A DNA stretch of 64,000 nucleotides from a bacterium (GTDB taxonomy: Bacteria; Zhuqueibacterota; QNDG01; DSAB01): the NCBI GenBank assembly GCA_016931965.1, contig JAFGDT010000041.1:18851-82850 (forward strand), read 5' to 3'. This document shows positions 34,471-41,004 of the stretch, piece by piece. Under the pieces are notes generated by a model. It worked only from the letters and a program-made list of their open reading frames with translations, searched no databases and was not told the DNA's origin. Both the position numbers and the translations under genes were made by a program. Position 1 is the stretch's first letter, and every line of letters starts with the position of its first letter.

Positions 34471-35568
34471 TCACTGCTCCTCTTTCAATCTTTCATCACG
34501 TTCGGCAATCTGAAGCTGCTCAAGAATCTCATCCAGATTTCCTGCTAAAATTTCGGGCAACCGGTAGAGAGTCAGATTGATGCGGTGGTCTGTAACCCTT
34601 CCCTGGGGAAAATTAAACGTCCTGATCTTTGCGCTGCGGTCGCCAGATCCGATCATCGATCGTCTGCTGGCTGCCAGCTTTTTTTCCTCCTCTTTTCGTT
34701 TTAAATCATAAAGTCTTGCCCGCAAGACCTTCATGGCTTTCGATTTATTTTTATGTTGCGATTTTTCGTCCTGGCAGGTTACCACCATGCCGGACGGGAT
34801 ATGCGTAATCCGAACGGCCGAATCGGTGGTATTGACACTCTGTCCTCCGGGACCGGATGAACGATAGACATCGATCCTGAGATCCTTGGGATCGATATCG
34901 ACATCCACTTCTTCAGCTTCGGGAAGTACGACGACAGAGGAAGCCGAAGTGTGAATACGACCGCCGGTTTCAGTCGAGGGGACTCTCTGGACACGATGGA
35001 CACCGCTCTCGTATTTCATTTCACCATAAACATGGTGTCCGGAAATTGCAAAGACAATCTCTTTAAAACCACCCAGATCGGTCGGACTGGAACTGAGAAC
35101 CTCTTTCTTCCATCCTTTTTTCTCAATGTATTTCGAGTACATTCTGTAAAGATCTCCTGCAAAAAGGGCGGCTTCCTCACCGCCTGTTCCCGCTCTGATT
35201 TCCATAATTGCATTTTTCTGATCGCTCGGGTCTTTGGGGATCAGCAACAGCTTTAATTGCTGTTCGAGATCTTCCTGTGCGGATCGGTTCTCCTCCAGTT
35301 CTTGCTTGGCCAATTCTCTTAATTCGACATCTGAAGATGTCTGTAGAAGTTTTTTATCTTCTTCAATTTTCCCAAGTATTTTTTTATACGCTTTGGATCT
35401 TTCGACAATCGTCAACAAATGCCGGTGTTCTTTCGTTAAAGTGGCGATCTTTTCCGGTTTCCGCAATACACCGGGATCTTCAAGACTTTTCTCCACTTCT
35501 TGAAGCCGCTTCTCAACCCGGGAAATTTTTTGAATCAGACTGTTCTTTTCCATTTTTCCGATGATCAA
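34471..35568 (-). CDS. prfA: Peptide chain release factor 1
   Basis: GGQ motif [18 protein letters not shown] and the RF1-type codon-recognition tripeptide P-S-T in [19 protein letters not shown]2 would have SPF. There is no in-frame interruption or frameshift. Confidence 0.85.
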   Translation of the reverse strand: MIIGKMEKNSLIQKISRVEKRLQEVEKSLEDPGVLRKPEKIATLTKEHRHLLTIVERSKAYKKILGKIEEDKKLLQTSSDVELRELAKQELEENRSAQEDLEQQLKLLLIPKDPSDQKNAIMEIRAGTGGEEAALFAGDLYRMYSKYIEKKGWKKEVLSSSPTDLGGFKEIVFAISGHHVYGEMKYESGVHRVQRVPSTETGGRIHTSASSVVVLPEAEEVDVDIDPKDLRIDVYRSSGPGGQSVNTTDSAVRITHIPSGMVVTCQDEKSQHKNKSKAMKVLRARLYDLKRKEEEKKLAASRRSMIGSGDRSAKIRTFNFPQGRVTDHRINLTLYRLPEILAGNLDEILEQLQIAERDERLKEEQ

Positions 35569-35579
35569 TGATCTATCGA

Positions 35580-36509
35580 TTAAGTTGTTATCATCTCCAC
35601 TTTGGTTTCGATCTTCTGATTTAAGACGCTTTTCAATGCGACCAACGATACTTCCAATTGCTTGTCATCCGGTTCTTTGGTTGTAATGCGCTGCAGCCAG
35701 AGACCCGGAGCCGTTAAAATCTGGGCAATCCATTTACCAAAACGTTTCCCTGACAATCGGATAATTTCATAGGAAATGCCGCCGATGATAGGAATAAAGA
35801 GAAACCGAATGAAACGGTCTCCCATATCCTGCGGCTTCCCCAAAATGATAAAAACGACCAGTGCAACAAGCATCACCACCAGAAGAAAACTGGTACCACA
35901 CCGGGGATGATGGGTTTTAAATGGCTGAACACCTTTCAATGTCAGCGGTTTGCCTTCCTCGTAGGCAAAAATCGATTTATGTTCTGCACCATGATATTCA
36001 AAGATGCGGCGAATTTCCTTCCAGAGACTGATTAATCCCAGATAGACGATAAAAAAGATTAACCGGATCAAACCATCGAGGAGATTAAACATCACGCCGC
36101 CTTTTACACCGGTCAGTTCAGTGAGCAAAAGTGGAAGAAAAAAGAAAATACCCATTCCGAGTGCCAAAGCCAGTATAACAGTAAGTCCAGTCCATAGTTT
36201 GGATAATTTCTCCGAACGTTTTTTATTTTTCTTCGGTTTGTCTTTATCCAATTCTTTCATGGCTATTTCACTGGAAAAGTTCAGTGCTTTAATACCTAAA
36301 ACCATGGACTCGATCAGAATGACGCCTCCACGAAAAAAGGGCAGTCCCAATATGCGATACCGCTTGGTCCAGGAAACATAACGATCCCGTTTTAAGACAA
36401 TTTGACCATCCGGTTTGCGCACGGCCACCGAAACATATTCCGGGGAGCGCATCATCACCCCTTCGATAACGGCCTGACCTCCCACCTGTATTTTTTGCGA
36501 AACATCCAT
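35580..36509 (-). CDS. DUF1385-family membrane-associated protein
   Basis: Begins [31 protein letters not shown], the classic DUF1385 opening. I place the start at the internal ATG at 36509. It lies between prfA and rpmE, as in many bacteria. Confidence 0.7.
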   Translation of the reverse strand: MDVSQKIQVGGQAVIEGVMMRSPEYVSVAVRKPDGQIVLKRDRYVSWTKRYRILGLPFFRGGVILIESMVLGIKALNFSSEIAMKELDKDKPKKNKKRSEKLSKLWTGLTVILALALGMGIFFFLPLLLTELTGVKGGVMFNLLDGLIRLIFFIVYLGLISLWKEIRRIFEYHGAEHKSIFAYEEGKPLTLKGVQPFKTHHPRCGTSFLLVVMLVALVVFIILGKPQDMGDRFIRFLFIPIIGGISYEIIRLSGKRFGKWIAQILTAPGLWLQRITTKEPDDKQLEVSLVALKSVLNQKIETKVEMITT

Positions 36510-36590
36510 ATTCTCAACCCTATTAGCCAGGTATAAAAAAACGGAACACGATATAAACATCGCATCCCGTCCCAGACATTTTCCATTCCG

Positions 36591-36842
36591 CTATGATGAT
36601 TTCTTTTCTTCCTTCTTTCTCTGGTCTGATTGATCCTCATTCTTCTTGATCTTATACTTTTTCATATACTTCTCAACCCGACCAGCCGAATCAACCAATT
36701 TTTGTTTTCCTGTAAAAAATGGATGACAGTTCGAGCAAATCTCAACATGCATATCGCCCACAGTACTTCGTGTTTGAAATGTATTCCCGCACGCACAGGA
36801 TACGGTTCCCATTTTTAACTCAGGATGTATCTTTTTTTTCAA
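36591..36842 (-). CDS. rpmE: 50S ribosomal protein L31
   Basis: [10 protein letters not shown]...CACGNTF..RST...[13 protein letters not shown], the L31 Zn-ribbon. The true start is the TTG at 36842, not the upstream TTG at 36857 that the ORF track used. Confidence 0.85.
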   Translation of the reverse strand: MKKKIHPELKMGTVSCACGNTFQTRSTVGDMHVEICSNCHPFFTGKQKLVDSAGRVEKYMKKYKIKKNEDQSDQRKKEEKKSS

Positions 36843-36850
36843 TCTTGAAA

Positions 36851-36855
36851 CCTCC
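36851..36855 (-). promoter_or_regulatory. Shine-Dalgarno (GGAGG) for rpmE
   Basis: Minus strand reads TTGGAGGTTTCAAGATTGAAAAAAAAG, so GGAGG sits 8 nt upstream of the TTG start. Confidence 0.6.
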
Positions 36856-37252
36856 AATCAATCGAATCTTTTTCAAACTTTAAAGATAATAAAACAAACG
36901 ACTCAAAGCAAGAAAAAATTCAAGTTTACAATTCATTTTTATCTTCTTTACTCCCAGCAGCACAGCTACAAGACGACTGCGGGTGGCAACCATTTTCTCG
37001 ATATCGGCAAAATGGTCAGTTACTTTTTCTTTCTCGTTCCAGTGTTCTACGTTGGAACGAGAAGAGTACTCCTCTCCACTCAAGTTGATGGCATGCTTGA
37101 AGCAGTGCAATGATTGCCCTGGATTCCCTTGTCCAGGGCAAATAACTATGGGGCTTCTGACCCATAAGACAATACAGCATCAAGTTTTTGAATTTGGGGA
37201 GGATACCTTGTTGATCGTTCATGGGGGCTTTTTGCCGCTGAACGAATTATTT

Positions 37253-37276
37253 GGAGGGCTGAGCCCTCCCTTTTTT
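37253..37276 (+). terminator. Plus-strand intrinsic terminator with no upstream plus-strand gene, so possibly the end of an ncRNA
   Basis: GGAGGGC-tga-GCCCTCC forms a 6-7-bp GC stem, followed by C and then TTTTTT. Confidence 0.45.
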
Positions 37277-37483
37277 ACGCCTAGGGGTATAGGAGCCTGT
37301 CCAAGAACCCCAAAAAAGCGTTATAATATCATAGATTTTTGAATATATAAAGATTTCATATTAATTGTTACCAAAAATATTCCAATTTTTTCTAGTTCTT
37401 AGACAAGCTCCATAGCCCATTGGCGATCAGAACTTGAGTCTGGTGCAACGCTTATTCGTTTAGGCTTGTTTTATAATATTTTA

Positions 37484-38278
37484 TCATTCTGTGTATTTGA
37501 ATATATAACCTTTATGCGAATTTCGTTTTCCGTGCAAACAACTATTGATATGACTGAAATCTAAATTCAAATACCTAGCACATTGTCTTTGTGTAAGCCA
37601 CTCACCTATATATTTTTCATTTTTAAAAACTAGAAAAGATTTAGCTCCGCGTTGAATTGAATGAATCTTTCTATTTTGGGGGTCAGATAAATACTTACGC
37701 ATTTCTTCTGCTGTTTTCTCTCTTTCAGATTCTTTATTATATCGCATTAACATAAATTTTGAATGTTCTTTTGCTTGTTCAGGATTATCTTGGTGAGCTT
37801 TTTTATTTGCTAAAGATTGCATTCGCCTATTTTCTGGATTTTGGAATAACTTTTTCCTTATTTCGGAATTTCTTTTACACCATTCTTCGTCATACTTAAG
37901 ACCATAAGTTCCTTCCCCACCTAAAGTCAGATTGTAACCATTTGTAAAACTATCATAAAATCGGATATATTTTTTTTCTAGTTCACAGAGTTCTTTCCAT
38001 TCTGTAGCTCTGTCAATTATTTCCCAACTGATATTTTTAGAATCATATTTTCTTATTGCATCGTGAAATGGTGTCCTTGAACCCTTTTTTACACTTCGTA
38101 AATGAATTCGGATTCTTTCTTTTAGCGTTGTTATTGTAATACCAATATAGATTTTTCCACTGGGTGAAGTGGCTTTATATACTATTCCATTAATTGATTT
38201 TTTCTTTTCCATAAATTTACTTACAAGCCTAACGATTATTTCTGCGGCGCGCCAAACCGACGGGTGACCATTATTCAT
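37484..38278 (-). CDS. GIY-YIG homing endonuclease of I-TevI/Seg-like architecture: GIY-YIG domain, NUMOD3-like repeats and a NUMOD1-like HTH
   Basis: GIY-YIG core NGIVYKATSPSGKIYIGITITTLKERIRIH...FHDAIRKY...LEKKYIRFYDS..NGYNLTLGGEG. C-terminal tail CARYLNLDFSHINSCLHGKRNSHKGYIFKY matches the ...NG+RK.A.GY.W.Y DNA-binding motif of homing endonucleases. The start may be the internal ATG at 38212 (MEKKK). Confidence 0.75.
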   Translation of the reverse strand: MNNGHPSVWRAAEIIVRLVSKFMEKKKSINGIVYKATSPSGKIYIGITITTLKERIRIHLRSVKKGSRTPFHDAIRKYDSKNISWEIIDRATEWKELCELEKKYIRFYDSFTNGYNLTLGGEGTYGLKYDEEWCKRNSEIRKKLFQNPENRRMQSLANKKAHQDNPEQAKEHSKFMLMRYNKESEREKTAEEMRKYLSDPQNRKIHSIQRGAKSFLVFKNEKYIGEWLTQRQCARYLNLDFSHINSCLHGKRNSHKGYIFKYTE

Positions 38279-38287
38279 TTTCGTGTG

Positions 38288-38307
38288 GCACTGCTTTTAA
38301 GCAGTGC
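38288..38307. repeat. Perfect 20-bp palindrome GCACTGCTT-TT-AAGCAGTGC, 10 bp upstream of the GIY-YIG start codon
   Basis: Read directly from the sequence. A degenerate copy GCATGCTTGAAGCAGTGC lies at 37091..37108, and a related GCTTTTAAAAGC palindrome at 39759..39770. Confidence 0.6.
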
Positions 38308-38405
38308 TTTAATTATTTGTTCATTCAACACGATATTTTACAAATATCACACTGACCAGGGCACCCTGCGAATTGATGCGGTAGTTATGTAAAGTTATTT
38401 GACTA

Positions 38406-39500
38406 TCAATCAAGCAACTCCTTGAATATTTTATAATCATGATCCGAAAGACTGAATTTGGCATTAAGCTTATTCAGCATTTGGCCCGAGTTGAACCAGG
38501 ATATGAATGTATCGACATTGCCGGCAAACCCTCTTGCACATTTGTCAGATATCGTCTGGTAATCCTGAACTTCTGGGAACAATTTTAAAGTCTGATGAGT
38601 TGCAGATGGGAAATCGAAACCTTGCTTCATGTAATACAAAACACTATAAATATGCCGCAGACGAATTTCTAGATGACTTTCAAATGGAATATTGGCAATT
38701 TTTTCTGACGCTGATAAATTTTCAAATGATTGATGATCAAGTCTTTGTGTTTGATGATGGATTATTCTTCTTCTGGGTGTTCTTTCCGGTTTTTCGACCG
38801 CGCCAATTTGTTGTTTTATTTCTTCTCTCTCTGAAATCTCAATGTGAACTTGCTGCAGTGCCTCAGAGAAAGTCTCGTCATCGGTATCTGGAAATTCATT
38901 TCTCAGGTAACCCACTACTTTCTGTTTTACTTCGAATGAAGTTAATTGTTGAATTAGTGCGATGACTTCCCGTTTTTTGTTAAATTTATCGAGCTTGTTT
39001 TTTAAATATTCATTATACCTATTTTCTTCTATACTACTCTTGTTGAAAATACCTATAAAATTTATGCCTTGCTCTGATCCTTTTTCAAAGTCAATTTTTT
39101 CTAACAATATTGGGTCGGTGTGAGGGTTCAATGGTCCATCATAAAAAATTCTAAGATCTGGTCCAATTAAAAACCCGAAATCGGATTTCATTTGCCTCAT
39201 ATAGGATCTCAGTTGTCCTATTACATAATCACGTTTTATATCCTCTGCAGGCCTCTTGACCTCCACGACAATTAGACATTTCCTATCATTACCATAAATA
39301 ATTAAATCCGGACGAAGCGTGCCCTCACGCCCAAGTTGCACTTTCGGTTGTCTTTCTATCTCATTCTTATATTCCCGCCAACCGAGGACCTCAATGGCTC
39401 TAACCACTTGATTTTCAAAATCCCTTTCAGACAAATTTTGCTTGATATTTTCCGATAACAGAAAACAAATCTCATCCCATTTTTCAGAATTACAATTCAT
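38406..39500 (-). CDS. PD-(D/E)xK nuclease-fold protein with an HsdR-N-like N-terminal domain and an unrecognised C-terminal domain of about 240 aa
   Basis: GTLRPDLIIYGNDRKCLIVVEVKRP matches the D...(E/D)xK motif of the N-terminal domain of type I restriction R subunits (PF13588-like). The rest has no match I recognise. The gene is AT-rich like the adjacent GIY-YIG gene. Confidence 0.6.
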   Translation of the reverse strand: MNCNSEKWDEICFLLSENIKQNLSERDFENQVVRAIEVLGWREYKNEIERQPKVQLGREGTLRPDLIIYGNDRKCLIVVEVKRPAEDIKRDYVIGQLRSYMRQMKSDFGFLIGPDLRIFYDGPLNPHTDPILLEKIDFEKGSEQGINFIGIFNKSSIEENRYNEYLKNKLDKFNKKREVIALIQQLTSFEVKQKVVGYLRNEFPDTDDETFSEALQQVHIEISEREEIKQQIGAVEKPERTPRRRIIHHQTQRLDHQSFENLSASEKIANIPFESHLEIRLRHIYSVLYYMKQGFDFPSATHQTLKLFPEVQDYQTISDKCARGFAGNVDTFISWFNSGQMLNKLNAKFSLSDHDYKIFKELLD

Positions 39501-39672
39501 AATTTGCCTCTGATTCTCTCACATAACACAGGTTTATCCACCCTATATGCATTACATATGCTTTTCAAAATAATCTTTGAATTTGAATACAATCATTTCC
39601 TTCAAATCAAGACACATGGAGCCAACTTGCCCCCTTCATCTATTTCTTTGATAGCCATTTTTCTGTTGAAAT

Positions 39673-39780
39673 GCAGACAAGAATCGGGAATCGATTGAAA
39701 GAATATTTTATTCCGCATGATTTAATACACAAAAATCAGAAAATCAATCAAAACTTCCGCTTTTAAAAGCAGACAAGAAT
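39673..39780. repeat. Two direct copies of GCAGACAAGAAT, 96 bp apart, upstream of the PD-(D/E)xK gene. The second abuts the palindrome GCTTTTAAAAGC at 39759..39770
   Basis: Read from the sequence: 39673..39684 and 39769..39780, with a 12-bp perfect palindrome at 39759..39770. Confidence 0.45.
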
Positions 39781-39970
39781 GCACAATAGTCATTCTCCCT
39801 CTAAAAGCAAAGTCAATGGCTTTAAAAATAACGACTGGAAATGGTTATCTGTATCTTAAGCCCGTTTGATTTTACAAATTGTGAAATTTTTACCTTGACA
39901 TTCGATAAAACCTTTTATATTATGTAATATAAATTCTTTAAATCCATAAAATCAAAAAGAGCCGATTTGA

Positions 39971-40264
39971 ATGAACACCCATCAGAAAGATAAAATGAAA
40001 AGCAGCGATTATCTCTCAGAAGAAGAACAGCAAGAGAGCAAGCAACAACTGTTTTTCTACAATATATGTCTCATTGCGGGCAGTGTCCTTATCCTATTTT
40101 CTCTCATTTATCTTTTACAACATTTAGGCAACAATTCGGTTTACTGGATTGGATTTTTGGGGTTATTCTGTGCAATTCCTTTCTTCATCATATACGGAAT
40201 CGGCATGAAATCGATCAAAAACAAAACGAATTCAAACCCCAAAAACCAGAAACATAAAGCATAG
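39971..40264 (+). CDS. Small membrane protein (97 aa, two transmembrane segments), hypothetical
   Basis: Acidic N-terminal SEEEQQESKQQ stretch, then two hydrophobic helices and a basic C-tail. Confidence 0.45.
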   Translation: MNTHQKDKMKSSDYLSEEEQQESKQQLFFYNICLIAGSVLILFSLIYLLQHLGNNSVYWIGFLGLFCAIPFFIIYGIGMKSIKNKTNSNPKNQKHKA

Positions 40265-40440
40265 CAGCAACCGATTACAGATCATTATCAAGACACACAT
40301 TGTCGACGATACATCCAAGTTTCAATAGACTGTCCTTTTATAACAAGGGTGATGAACCATACAAGGAGAAAAACAAACACCTGGATGGATAATCCATTTT
40401 TTTAAGTAAACACCTGATCTATAATAAAGGGTATAAAACA

Positions 40441-40968
40441 ATGGCATTAGTACCCTGCCGAGAATGTCAGAAAAAAATCAGTGAAAACGCCGTAAGCTGT
40501 CCAGAATGTGGAGCCCCTTTTCCCTCGAGAAGAGAATGGAGGGGGCCAGGATTCGAATGGAAATCCCAAAAAACACTGTTCGGTCATCCGCTGATCCATA
40601 TTGCATTTGGTCGAAATGAAAAAGGAAAATTGAGGGTCGCCAAGGGATTCATTGCCATCGGGCAATTTGCCGTCGGTGCGTTTACAGTCGCCCAATTTGG
40701 CATCGGACTCATTTTCGGTTTGGGTCAATTTATTTTTGGCCTGACGGCAGTGGCTCAGATCGCAATTACCGCACTGTTTGGATGCGGCCAGGTTGCCATC
40801 GGATATGTGGCTGTGGGCCAGCTGGTTTTTGGTTACTACGGATTGGCCCAGGTCGGTATTGCCAAATATCTCTGGTCATTTGGAAGAAAAGATCCCGAAG
40901 CCCTGGACTTTTTCAGCCGATTAGGCGAAAAAATTGGATTGTCCCTGGACCAATACTTCAGAAAATAA
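40441..40968 (+). CDS. Zinc-ribbon protein with a repetitive Gly-rich hydrophobic region of about six 11-residue repeats
   Basis: N-terminal CRECQ...x13...CPECG zinc ribbon. Then IAIGQFAVGAF/TVAQFGIGLIF/GLGQFIFGLTA/VAQIAITALFG/CGQVAIGYVAV/GQLVFGYYGLA with period 11. Confidence 0.6.
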   Translation: MALVPCRECQKKISENAVSCPECGAPFPSRREWRGPGFEWKSQKTLFGHPLIHIAFGRNEKGKLRVAKGFIAIGQFAVGAFTVAQFGIGLIFGLGQFIFGLTAVAQIAITALFGCGQVAIGYVAVGQLVFGYYGLAQVGIAKYLWSFGRKDPEALDFFSRLGEKIGLSLDQYFRK

Positions 40969-41004
40969 AATGCCTAACAAATATAAAAAGGGAAGAATAA
41001 TGTT

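Larger units (their letters stand above)
36858..39970. mobile_element. Low-GC (about one third GC by eye) insertion carrying two nuclease genes, probably horizontally acquired (a homing-endonuclease or defense islet)
   Basis: There is an abrupt drop in GC relative to the flanking rpmE and otsAB regions. The content is a GIY-YIG homing endonuclease, a PD-(D/E)xK nuclease, hairpin-rich non-coding DNA and repeated palindromes. No integrase, transposase or flanking direct repeats were found. Confidence 0.4.

Noticed and set aside
34471-35568. Possible release factor 2 with programmed +1 frameshift
   Set aside because: The codon-recognition tripeptide is P-S-T, which is RF1-type rather than SPF. 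The ORF is uninterrupted from Met to stop with the normal RF1 length. So it is prfA with no frameshift.
36880-37110. 76-aa minus-strand ORF upstream of rpmE (MHCFKHAINLSGEEYSS...)
   Set aside because: It has no start context, no recognisable family, AT-rich low-complexity composition, and it overlaps strong hairpins. It is more likely non-coding structured DNA than a gene or a remnant of rho or tdk.
36858-38405. Group I intron hosting the GIY-YIG ORF, or a tRNA-inserted intron
   Set aside because: No tRNA-like T-arm or acceptor sequences flank the ORF, and there is no split host gene. I could not find the conserved P7 GACUA/UAGUC pairing or P/Q/R/S elements. The only weak TAGTC is at 38397-38401, on the minus strand, with no partner. 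I left it as an open question needing a covariance-model scan and did not call an intron.
40535-40560. tRNA T-loop-like strings (GGATTCGAATGG, GGTTCGAA) at 40541, 4501 and 62631
   Set aside because: All lie inside well-supported coding frames and lack acceptor, D-arm or anticodon-arm complements. No tRNA genes are called in this window.
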